Assembly: GCA_964188305.1 (NCBI GenBank)
Contig: OZ076889.1
From: Podarcis bocagei
Lineage: Eukaryota
Length of the DNA: 64,000 nucleotides
Reading direction: 5' to 3' (one strand)
Shown here: piece after piece, positions 48,301 through 61,450 of the stretch
How the letters are laid out: each line of letters opens with the position of its first letter
Numbering within the stretch: the stretch's first letter is position 1
Notes under the pieces: model-generated
Database searches by the model: none
Told to the model about the DNA's origin: nothing
Seen by the model: only the letters and a program-made list of their open reading frames with translations
Position numbers and translations under genes: made by a program

Positions 48301-50628
48301 TATGGAGGGGGAAGATGCAGAGGATGACCTGATATTCACAAGCAAGAATTCTCTCTTTGGCAAAATAAGGGCTTTCACCACAAAGGTAAGGTGCTTTGTG
48401 AGGCCCAGCTTGCACATGTAATGCGCCAGCATGAAGCAACAGAGGCCTTGGGCTTGGCTCCAGTGTTTATCTAACCTGACAGATGTCTAACATGTCATGT
48501 TGAACTTGTGGGGCCACATCTGAATAGACAGTTTCCCAATTCACTTAATATGTACAGTATCCCTGAAGTGTGTGTGTGCCTTTCTCTAGTAGTCGCTATC
48601 CTTTTATTTTTGAAGTAATGATTTCTAGCATGGGCTGCTGACTGTGCAAGACCCAGGCTGTAGTAGGGGTTTGGGGGGGAGGGGAGGGAGAAGAGTGATT
48701 AAAGCTTCATTCTCCTCCTCTATCCTGTTAAAAATCTTGACAGAGTAGCAAAAGGAAAAGGACATTTTCTCTCCAAACAAATACATAAAACACAGCTAAC
48801 CTTCCAGGATGCTACAGGCTAGGGACCAATCAAAAGTCATGATTACAGTAACGTCCTCATCCTAGATCTGTGAGCTTTCTCCAGCCTCAGAGTCTATATT
48901 CACGTGCTGCTGTGTTTCCTATTCTACTGACTGATGTTCTGGTTAATGGTGCGCTGCTTTTATTTTTCATTTTATCCCTCCCCCCCTAATGTGGCTATTT
49001 GTTTTCCTGTAGGCTTCTCTTAGGTACAGTCAGGCATGGCAGGAGTCTGTGTGTAGGGCTGTTCTCAATAAGCTAAGAGGAGGAGTCTTCCAGGTAGATA
49101 GAGACCAAATGTAGATGGTATTGTCTTGTGTCCCCTATGTCTAAAAACAAGCCAGCTGACTGAGGGCGTATAGTAACCAAATGGCATTGGATGGGATGAC
49201 AATATGGCCTTGTGACATCTGACTGGGACCCAGCATGGTATGGCATTCTTGGGAAATCCAAGCCACGCTGCCGGCTTTCTACAGCTGCAGCCTCTCCTTT
49301 CCCAAAGGGGGATGGTGCCACGACCTTTATTTTGGAGGAGGAAGGCAAGGAGGCCCAATGTGTGCTAGAGACACACCAATGGGTGTTAATTCAGGCTGCA
49401 AGTGTAGGATGCTAAACTTACCCAGAAAGGTCCTTGAGCCCTGGCTTGTCTCTGGAACAAGTAGCTGCTGCTCGTTGTGCTGTCCAGAATCATATATGAC
49501 TGGCTCTGTGTCACATATCTGCCTGCCTTTTGCTCAGTTTCGTCTTCTGAGAGCCAGAGCCAGGGCTTCTCTGACTTGATGGAGCTGGGGAGAACCAAGG
49601 CAGAGCTATGGAAATCTGGGCCTGTGGGGTTCAAATGCCATGTCTGGAATAAATTATGGGAACTGAACACTGTACACAGAGTGTGGGTGGGTTTTCTCCA
49701 CTCCCCTGCAAATTACAAGCAAAGTGGGCCTTTCTGCTTGTGACCCAAAAGTTATTCCCACCCCCACCCCAGTAAATACATTCTGTTAAAATGTTGGCGA
49801 ACCCTCATGTGTACGGGCTTGCCTTGCTTGAATTAGGGTCTTTAATCAAGAGGTTATGAAGATTCAGCTGTTAGCATATATTTCTATTTGCAACATAATA
49901 GTTCCTTATCCTCACAACCAGCCTGATGCAACTGCTGCGATCACTGTTACCCCCATTTTGCAGATGGAGGCCAAAATAATTATTTTGCACAAAGCTGCTG
50001 GTGAGGTTATTGCAGAAGTGGAGTTTGAACCATGTCCAGCACCCTATCCACAGGGTGGATCCTTCTGAATTCAGTCCTCTCTGGGTGCTGGTTGCTGAGT
50101 GGCTCCCACAAGGCTCAGTGACAACCCTCACCTCCCCACCAACTGTCTCTTCTGAATGCACTGCTATCCAGCACAGGTTGCTTCCATGCTAAGGTCCTTA
50201 AGTACTCCAGAGACGTAGCTTTTTGCAGTCAGCTGGAAGTAGAACTAAACTGTGGTTCCATATAGCACTTCGGTAGAACTGTGTTTCCCGTAACACTCCT
50301 ACATTAGCCATTCTGACAGGGTCAGAAGACCATGCATGGAGGCAGCTGGTTATCATAAGAGTTTTGTGGGAGCTGCCCTTGCACCCTACTGCCCTTTCAT
50401 GAGCATAGGGTGCAGGATTGCACTCTGTGTTCTTTCCGTGTTACTAAATACTGGGATATGACATAATCTGGTTTACTTCAAACAAAAGGTGGGGGCTCTG
50501 AGAGTTGCAAATGACATTTTATATAGTCCCACTCACACTTCGTTTTATGTTGTCTTTAGAGAACATCTGATGGCTTTGACTCGGTCCCACTGAAGACCTC
50601 CTCTGGCACCACTGACATGGATCTTTAG
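22612..50628 (+). CDS. ELAPOR1: ELAPOR1 (KIAA1324/EIG121) endosome-lysosome associated apoptosis and autophagy regulator 1, spliced CDS exons 2-22 (5'-partial)
   Basis: 21 AG/GT-bounded exons join in frame to 960 aa. Recognisable peptides run from [10 protein letters not shown]...WRVAVP through Cys-rich repeats and TM segment [25 protein letters not shown] to the tail [13 protein letters not shown]...[19 protein letters not shown]. Position next to SARS1 favours ELAPOR1 over paralog ELAPOR2. Exon numbers follow the human gene as recalled. Confidence 0.96.
23817..24009 (+). CDS. ELAPOR1: ELAPOR1 exon 3 (193 nt)
   Basis: tttcag|CATTTTCC...AGCAT|gtgagt; [42 protein letters not shown]...GNCS. 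Confidence 0.95.
26900..27300 (-). pseudogene. Degraded PIF/Harbinger transposase fragment (tentative)
   Basis: Minus strand 27160-27065 translates [32 protein letters not shown], resembling the Harbinger/HARBI1 motif YNxAHxxTRxxIERxFGxLKxRFRCL. Boundaries uncertain. Confidence 0.45.
30720..31141. mobile_element. CpG-rich, one-ended Tc1/mariner-superfamily (Tc2-like) non-autonomous element
   Basis: Right end reads GGTGCGTCCTATGGG...GAAAAATACGG|TA (reverse complement CCGTATTTTTCG..., a TcMar-type TIR); internal ~120-nt direct repeat; left TIR not seen, left boundary approximate. Confidence 0.55.
31940..32087 (+). CDS. ELAPOR1: ELAPOR1 exon 4 (148 nt)
   Basis: ttccag|GTCAACG...TTCTTT|gtatgt; [49 protein letters not shown]. 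Confidence 0.95.
33031..33111 (+). CDS. ELAPOR1: ELAPOR1 exon 5 (81 nt)
   Basis: ttgcag|ATTCAG...CACACT|gtaagt; [27 protein letters not shown]. Confidence 0.95.
33268..33373 (+). CDS. ELAPOR1: ELAPOR1 exon 6 (106 nt)
   Basis: ttgcag|GTGCAG...ACAG|gtttgt; [35 protein letters not shown]. Confidence 0.94.
33513..33662 (+). CDS. ELAPOR1: ELAPOR1 exon 7 (150 nt)
   Basis: ccctag|GAGTAGCC...TCAG|gtgagc; [49 protein letters not shown]. Confidence 0.95.
33711..33882 (-). mobile_element. tRNA-Ala-derived SINE (same family as 44863)
   Basis: ggaagctgc...ctacactgactggcagtggctctccaggg...ggattgaac...ccactgagcta. Confidence 0.7.
35049..35205 (-). mobile_element. tRNA-Lys(CUU)-derived SINE with CR1-type tail
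   Basis: Reverse complement: tagctaagtcggtagaacatgagactcttaatctc...gggttcaagccccatgctgggc, then gggttggactaaatgacccttgtggtcccttccaactctacaattctgtgattct. Confidence 0.8.
35890..35978 (+). CDS. ELAPOR1: ELAPOR1 exon 8 (89 nt)
   Basis: aataaag|AACCAGG...GGAGAG|gtaatt; [32 protein letters not shown] acceptor inferred from homology; in-frame CAGs lie 6 and 12 nt downstream. Confidence 0.9.
36893..37070 (+). CDS. ELAPOR1: ELAPOR1 exon 9 (178 nt)
   Basis: caacag|ACTCAG...GTCTG|gtaatg; [59 protein letters not shown]. Confidence 0.95.
37954..38082 (+). CDS. ELAPOR1: ELAPOR1 exon 10 (129 nt)
   Basis: tctcag|GTTGC...GGCAG|gtatct; [42 protein letters not shown]. Confidence 0.95.
38436..38526 (+). CDS. 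ELAPOR1: ELAPOR1 exon 11 (91 nt)
   Basis: tttcag|GGTGGG...TTCAG|gtgagt; [29 protein letters not shown]. Confidence 0.95.
39010..39115 (+). CDS. ELAPOR1: ELAPOR1 exon 12 (106 nt)
   Basis: ttgcag|TTCCCC...ATGGTG|gtaagt; [35 protein letters not shown]. Confidence 0.95.
39957..40094 (+). CDS. ELAPOR1: ELAPOR1 exon 13 (138 nt)
   Basis: tggtag|GGTGTC...GAGCCG|gtatgg; [46 protein letters not shown]. Confidence 0.95.
40324..40581 (+). CDS. ELAPOR1: ELAPOR1 exon 14 (258 nt)
   Basis: ttctag|GGAAGA...AACCCG|gtaata; [34 protein letters not shown]...[13 protein letters not shown]. Confidence 0.95.
40730..40786. repeat. (TATTAG)n hexanucleotide microsatellite, ~9.5 copies
   Basis: Direct reading. Confidence 0.95.
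41420..41593 (+). CDS. ELAPOR1: ELAPOR1 exon 15 (174 nt)
   Basis: ccccag|ATCCAT...AATCAT|gtaagt; IHSLCYSDC...[23 protein letters not shown]. Confidence 0.95.
42285..42331. repeat. (CT)18 followed by a poly-C run
   Basis: Direct reading; just upstream of the exon 16 acceptor. Confidence 0.95.
42354..42534 (+). CDS. ELAPOR1: ELAPOR1 exon 16 (181 nt)
   Basis: ctgaag|GGAAGG...GTAG|gtgaga; [14 protein letters not shown]...[13 protein letters not shown]. Confidence 0.94.
42668..42842 (-). mobile_element. CR1 3'-end fragment
   Basis: tcatagaatcatagagctggaagg...tttaaaaacctccaatgaaggagagtcca, reverse complement of a CR1 3' end like 14330-14489. Confidence 0.75.
43448..43544 (+). CDS. ELAPOR1: ELAPOR1 exon 17 (97 nt)
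   Basis: ttgtag|GAGTAA...TACAG|gtaagc; [31 protein letters not shown]. Confidence 0.94.
44445..44546 (+). CDS. ELAPOR1: ELAPOR1 exon 18 (102 nt)
   Basis: ttgcag|ATCCAG...CCGAG|gtaagt; [33 protein letters not shown]. Confidence 0.93.
44863..45042 (+). mobile_element. tRNA-Ala(UGC)-derived SINE (Squam3-like)
   Basis: tgtagctcagtggtagagcatctgctttgcatg...gttcagtcccctgcatctcc followed by a non-tRNA body shared with other copies here. Confidence 0.7.
45938..46064 (+). CDS. ELAPOR1: ELAPOR1 exon 19 (127 nt)
   Basis: aaacag|CAAGTG...ATTCAG|gtaggg; [42 protein letters not shown]. Confidence 0.95.
46655..46833 (+). CDS. ELAPOR1: ELAPOR1 exon 20 (179 nt, transmembrane helix)
   Basis: ccacag|AGAACC...CAGAA|gtgagt; [59 protein letters not shown]. 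Confidence 0.95.
48220..48385 (+). CDS. ELAPOR1: ELAPOR1 exon 21 (166 nt, cytosolic tail)
   Basis: ttgaag|GTTGGAG...ACAAAG|gtaagg; [55 protein letters not shown]. Confidence 0.95.
50560..50628 (+). CDS. ELAPOR1: ELAPOR1 exon 22 coding part to stop
   Basis: ctttag|AGAACA...GATCTTTAG; [22 protein letters not shown]. Confidence 0.94.
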   Translation, partial: RTSDGFDSVPLKTSSGTTDMDL

Positions 50629-53600
50629 GAATGGATTGCCCACCTCCCATGCCTTTCCTGCAGGATGCTTTGGGAGTTCTCCTTGGTTAATCCCTGCACT
50701 TTGATGAACTTGCCATGTGGCCTTATTGGATACACTTTTAACTTCAGCTTCTTACTGTACTTTTTTAAAACCGAAAATTTTAACATTCCCTCCCGAAACA
50801 AAACCATGCCAAATACAACTGTGCTTTTAAAATTATATGTAGATATATATTTGTATGTTTTCCTGCACTCCCTACCCACTCTTCTGTAATGCTTTTGGGT
50901 TTTACCTTTCAACAAAAGTTGTTCTATGCTGGTGACAATAGCTGCATTTCCTCTCTCCCCTGACACCAGAAATGTGTAAAACAGCTCAAGATCTCATTGC
51001 CATTAATTAAGTCAGCCCATTGAGACAGGCTCTTAAGGCTGCAATCCTCACCTAGGTGAAGTATATATGCACACAGCTGCTCTGTAAATGTTCGTTTCAT
51101 TTTAACACCAACTTGAATTTCAAAATACTTTCTCTGTGTACTAAAGCAGCAACAGTATTTTGTCAAACAGTGGTGAGGCTTGCCTGCCTCATTAAGAACC
51201 CTTCAGAAGAGATACAATTTGGGCTCAAATTGCAAACTTCTGCACTCCGCCAACCAGCCTCACTTTTATAGGATGACTGTTTCTTATGCCAGAGCAGTCT
51301 GCAATGACTTTGCAAGTGACAATTCCATTAAAGGCTCCCTAAATTCCGTCATAGTAGAATCTGCATGTGGTCCAGGCTGGAAGGAGTATACTTCAATCAT
51401 TTAGAAAGGGTATGATTTAAACATTGAAAAGATTATGGCCCAGAGTAGCTGGATTTTCCTCGTTTGTTTTTATAGCGATGACTTATGGAGAAATGCTGTG
51501 CAGTCTTGCATCTTGTTTGTAGACCTTTAGTTTTAAAACAATAAGGGAATCATTTATCCCTGTGCTGACTTTCTCCAATACTTGAAAACCCTTATCCTAG
51601 GATATTGAGGCAGGAGGTGTTATTTTTTATGTGACTTCAGAATTACCATCCAGGAAAATGTGTGCCTATTGTCCGTGCCCCATTGGAACACTTTCCTTTG
51701 GAGGAACAAAAGGAAATACTTTACACAGTATCAAGAATCAGGCGGAACTTCCAGCAGAATTATCCTGCATGAACACCAGAAGAATTAATACTTACTTCTT
51801 TTCAAGTTATGTGAATTACAGGTGCTAGATCTGTGACTGTGATTATCAAGTATGCCATGGCAAATAGAGGCTGGAGAATTACACTCACTCATTTTCCTGT
51901 CAGGCCCAAGGATGAGTGGAAAAGCTTTTAGAAAAAAAGCTCTCGACCATGAATTACAGAATTCAGCTTAAAGCAAATCCAGCTCCTCAACTTTCACTGG
52001 GGAAATAGGTAACATGTTTATCATTTTATGCAATTTCTTTGCCTGATCTTTATCCAGAAATATCCCTTCCTACCCCTGGACAGCCCTCTGTTGCTGTTTT
52101 TTTACAATTCTTCCTCAATTCTTCCTAGGCATGCAGATTTTTTATTTGGCAAATAGTGAAGAAATAATTAGGTTTTGGTTTTAATAGCCAGTGTTATATC
52201 CAACCACAGCCACTGAATACATTACAAATGGCTGCTCCTGAATTCAGTCAACATTGCTGACAACTGCCAAGCCAATGTTGACTGATTTCATCTCTCTGTT
52301 TGTTTTGGCAGGTTAAAATAGCCTTTAGTATAAAGCACTTCAATGAAGAAAAATACAGAAACCCAGCTTCTCCTTTCAGTCATTCAGTTTTAATTCCATT
52401 GACATTACTCTTAGTTCTGCTTTCAGTAACTTTCTCAATTTCCACACACTCTACTTTTCTATCTATATTGTACAAGTGTTAAACAACAACAACAACAACT
52501 TACCTTTAGAGCAGCTGGGAGGAATTTGTACAACTGCAGGTAAGGAGGGCTAACCTTGGCTTAGGTTGACTTTAGTTTATTGGGATTTGTAATTCTGTTG
52601 CTTTTCCTTCAAGAGAAGAAATTAAAGATGGCGGTGGGCAGTGTTATAGGTTATGGGAAATGGAGTAATTGAGGAGCTGCCATATATGGTGGATGGGCTG
52701 CATTTTACTTGGTGAGTTACCCTGCGGAGGCTTGTGGATGTTTTTCCCCTTAGCATAATGCTGCTTACATCAACAGTGAAATGTCACCGTACCATAAACT
52801 TTGATATATGTCCATGTAGCTTTTTTACGGTCAGATTTCAGGCTATTCCTTGGAAGAGGAGTAGATTTATTTCTTCACCAGTGAATTCTGTGACTATGAA
52901 ACCAATCCAGCAGCTAGCTTTCCCTAGTGCTAAATGCCACTGCTACCTGTTTTCAATCAGAAGGAGAATGGATTTATTTTACTTGGAAAGTACTCCAAAG
53001 CTATGGCCTAAGGAAGCCTGAGATGCTCATCAGAGGATGAGAAAACTGACCTCATGAGACACGAAAGAGAAACTGGCCCTTTTTAATATAGTGACACATC
53101 TGAAAATCTCTGGGCTCTGGTTCCATCGTTTTACACAAGAAAGATATATTCAGGGACAGCCTGGAATAGTTAAACTACTACTGTGGAAAGTGGCACCCTG
53201 TTGTCAAGACCCAGGATAGGGGAGAGGAGCTAGGATAATAAGCTGCTGATAAATTGCCAGTGGTGAAGAAGGTGTTGATGGATAGCTTCCCCATTGCTTA
53301 CGACAATTAGGAAGAAAGGTTAAGAGAAACTCAGGGCTGTTTCCAAGACAAGTTCTTATGCAAACAGAACCAGAAGCACAGAGCTAGCACTAGGCAGAAA
53401 GAATACCATAAAGAGATGTGTAAGTCCAGAGTCTATTGCAGAGGTCAACTTACCTAAGCATCTCACATCAAGCTGAAAAAGCTTATTTTCACCCTCTGCT
53501 GTTTATGCTAAAGAGAAGAAACAAAAGCAGCAACAAATCCTTTGGGATGATTCTGCGGCTTTGTTAACACATAGACTTAATGTTTGTATGTCTGTCATTT

Positions 53601-55597
53601 GTTCAATAGTGTAAGGGGGGGGGAGAGAAGGGGGAGGGGCACTTGCACCAGCCACAATCTAGATAGGGTGCAAAGTAGACCTTAAAGATCAGGAAACATT
53701 TTATTAAGAATGTAAGTGGTGCAAAAAAAACCCCACAAAATCTTTGGTTTGGAAAATTAGATGTTTTGTTGGAGTGGTAAAGGCAACAATTCACTTGGTT
53801 GGGCATGCAAACATAAGAGCAGCCCTGCTGGGTCAAGCCAAAGGCCCATCTCCTCCAGCTTCATGTTCTCATCATGGCCAAACCATAGGCTTCCAGGAAG
53901 CCTGCAAGCAGCGCCTAAGCACAGCAACAACAGTTGTTTCCCAGCAACATGCAGCATCTGACAGTGGAGGTGGGACATGGAGAGCAGCTGGACATCCAGA
54001 ATAACACATTTTGCAACTTTTCCTTGGTTCTGTCCTGCAACATCACCTAGTCAAACACATTCAACCACTTCATACCACTGGGGCTGATGAAACGGGGAGT
54101 GGAGAAGATAGTCTTATGGTCAGGCAGTGGGTATTTTGTACCCCAACTTGAATAAATTCATGGTTGAGCAGTAAGCGGGAGGTACAGCGAGGATGTGGAG
54201 TTTTAGCAGCAACACCTTTAAAAGATTCAGTGCCATTCTCACCCCAGATTGTATTACTTGCTCCCCAAAGGGGGCTAATCCAAGAGTAATGCTTGTTTTT
54301 ATTTGTTTAACTCCTATACTTATTATTGAGGGTAGGAAGTATCCAGACTTTCTGACCTGTGCCATTTATATGAGTTTACAGCAGTGGCCCTTCTCTAATT
54401 CTCTGGACTTGCTCTTAAATTTAATTCAGAGCATCAAGTGAAATCAGAAGGGTACTTTTGACAATTTCATAGAATCACTGCTTCTGTTTTTGTATGAAGT
54501 TGTGATTTATTATTCTGGCTTTTTGTCTTTGCTATATTTTGTATATGCTTGAAACTATTTATGGATTAAACCAATATCTGTAAGATTTGATTGACATACC
54601 AGATATGTTGTTGTCCTAGCAGCAATCTTCAAGGACTTTCATTGTTTGTGTGGACTAGGTTATAAGTGCTATTCAGGGACTACAATATGATACCTTTCTT
54701 ACATGGATGACAATGATTTTTTGCAACTCTGTATGTTACAGAATTGATTGGATTATATTTATATAACTGTGTTTTTTCAGCTTTGTGACGATAAACTGCA
54801 GGTTAACTTGCTCTGTATGCAAAATGGGCTGGGTTCCTTTTATATATGATTTTAATAGAATTTAATAGTTTCTAGAGGCAAGAATTGCATGTACATTTTT
54901 GGGGTTAAAAACAATAACACTTCTGAACTCGTCTGATCTCTCTCTTGCTTGGAGTGATATAAGGGAGATGAAGTAAAGGTGAGGAACTCTCACTATTGCA
55001 TCATTTATAACAATTAAACAGCATAAAAATTAAATAGGATCTGCTTCACATCAAGATGAATTAACCATCTAGCTCAATTTTAATGGCTCTGCTATTGATT
55101 TAAATGGGTCTACTATTGAGTATCTCTGGCTGTGCTAACTGGCAGCATGTTGTGGAATCTTAATTTTTTTTCTGGCCCATCTATGTGAGATTGTGTTTAA
55201 TGGAAAATACTGTACTGTGGTTTGAAGCTGGGACACTATTCTTATAAACCACATGCTCTGCCGCTGTGTTATGGTCCCACCAGAACACCCAAAGCATCTA
55301 TACTGCCAGTCCTTAAATGCCTCCTTTCTCTGTATTGTTAGTTCTGTTGGTCTCACAGAATAAGAAACATTTAAGTGAAACAAACAAACACAAAAAAACA
55401 TGGGGCATGAATTTGCTTAACCATTGCTTTTACAAGTGTGCTGTGTATTAGTATGCACCTTAAAGCTGAAGGGTCTTGAAATATTCTCCTTTTATACTAT
55501 TATGAATTTGGTCATGGTAATGGGCACTCTGGCAGAACACACAAAAGCAGCCAACAGGCCTCTTCTCATTGAAACCCACTCTGAACTTGCAACTTGA

Positions 55598-55785
55598 GAC
55601 ATGAGAAGCTATATTGTACCCAGTCAGGCCAGTGTTCAACTGAATTCAGTACTGTCTACATGGATTGGTAGTGGGCTCAAGCACTGCCCAAAGAAAGTCT
55701 TCTGCAGCCCTACTGAAGATACCAGGGATTGAGATCTCTCCCCGTTTAGATGCCAAGCATATGTTCCACCAGTGAGCTACATCCC
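55598..55785 (-). mobile_element. tRNA-Ala-derived SINE, diverged
   Basis: Same layout: agaagct...tgtctaca...gggattga...ccagtgagctac. Confidence 0.55.
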
Positions 55786-56447
55786 TTCTGCTAGTGGTGT
55801 ATAAATATGGCAGCTAACATTTAACCCACTGGTTTATTATATATGCTATAATCAACATCATTCTTGGAAATAGCTTTAAAGGTAGGTCTTCTATTTATAC
55901 AAGTGGAAACAAGACCTTGTAACAGCTAATGGTTTGAGATATGGAAAAGAATTGTTTTATTGTGCACATCCAATAAAATAGTCAGGTCCTCTATATAAAA
56001 AATAAAGGGTCAAGAGCAATTAGCTTAAATGCTAGAACTGTTCTTTTTTATTAATGTTTGCCTGAACCATTAGGCTTCATAAAAGGCTGCTTTTTCAATG
56101 CTGTTGTGATTGTGGATGTTGTGCATGCTACCATTTTACCTTTTAAAAAAATTAAACACATATAGCACTTCTTGCTTTAGCAACAACCAAAGCTGCAAGT
56201 TGTACAAATCCAAAACAGTTGCAAGGCATTTGTAGCATCTTGAGACATGTCCTAAATGGGGAGGTGACAACCTGATGACTTTGGGCCCTTTTGGAAGGAA
56301 GGGCGGGATCACTGAGCTCCATGAGATTGCAGTGAACCTAGTAATGCTCTCCCTGAAACAGGGAGTGCAAGTACTATTAAAACAATTGTTGTCCATCCAG
56401 GCCAGCTATGTGTTGGAAAGCATAGGATCAGATTATTGTTATTTATT

Positions 56448-56570
56448 TCATAGAACTGCAGAATTGAAAGGGATCCTAAGGGTTTTATCTAGTCGAATCC
56501 CCTCCAATGCAGAATCATACCTGACAAATGACCACTCAACATCTGCTTAAAAACCTCAAAGGAAGGAGAG
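56448..56570 (-). mobile_element. CR1 3'-end fragment
   Basis: tcatagaactgcagaattgaaaggg...tgcttaaaaacctcaaaggaaggagag. Confidence 0.6.
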
Positions 56571-57578
56571 TTTTCCCTTGAGTACTAGAGACTAAGAGTG
56601 TCTTTGTAACAGCTGTATTTACCAATAGGGACTGGGCCATGGTGGTGCTGTGGTCTAAACCAGTGGTTCTGAATTAGCTAATTACTGATGACCCCTTATC
56701 TTTCAAAAGCCAAGTTATGGACCCCCTGCTTTTGAAAAATTTGATAACTATGGTAGTTACCTGTGCAAAGCAATTTTTTGAAGAAAATGTGGGGCAGCCC
56801 CTAATAAACAAATAATTTTAGGTATACTAAAAAACAACAACACAAGACCATAAAATTTGTGATCTTACTACAAATTGCCTATTTCCAGACAGTGGGTAAA
56901 ACTTGCCTTTATTGCTCCACTACAACTGAATAATGGAATTGTGTCCCTAACTTGCTCGTTGACTCACAGTGCTCAAACCAGCCAGCTGGGGGTTCCCAAG
57001 TCCTCACTGGGCTCTTACCTTCACATAGCTGTCAACGTTTCCCTTTTTCAAAGGGAAATTCCCTTATTCCTCGCAAGAAAAGGGGAAAGTTGACAGCTAG
57101 GTATCTTCAGCGTTAGCAATTGCTGCTGCAGTACAATGTTACCCAGCCCGTCCTAGAGCTCTCCTTTTCTCGCTTTCTCTTCTGCGCTGTACGCTAGTCT
57201 TGCTTTGTAACCCTGACGAACCCTCACTGAGCACGGAAGCCTGTCCGGACCATCCCAGCTCCACTTTGCAGAGGACCCGCAGCCCGCCTGAGCATGCGCC
57301 ACGCTTAGCGCGTGCCCTCTAGGTAGCGCTCTAAACACCCAACGCCCGCCCTGCGCGAGGCTCCTCCTCCTCTACGTGGGAATCTTCTGAGCACGCGCAG
57401 CGCCTTTCCCACGCCCCTCCGCGCTCGCAGTGCGCACGCGTGGCCTCGCCGGGCTCTCCTCCTGTCGCTTTTCGCCGGGCGGGCTAGCTGTCTGTCGAGG
57501 GTCTTCCTCCGTCCTGAGCCGGCGCCGCTCCTTGGCTTCCAGTCGCCCCTCGGCTTCCAGTCGCTGCCCTCCGGCGCC

Positions 57579-61450
<3,872 letters not shown>

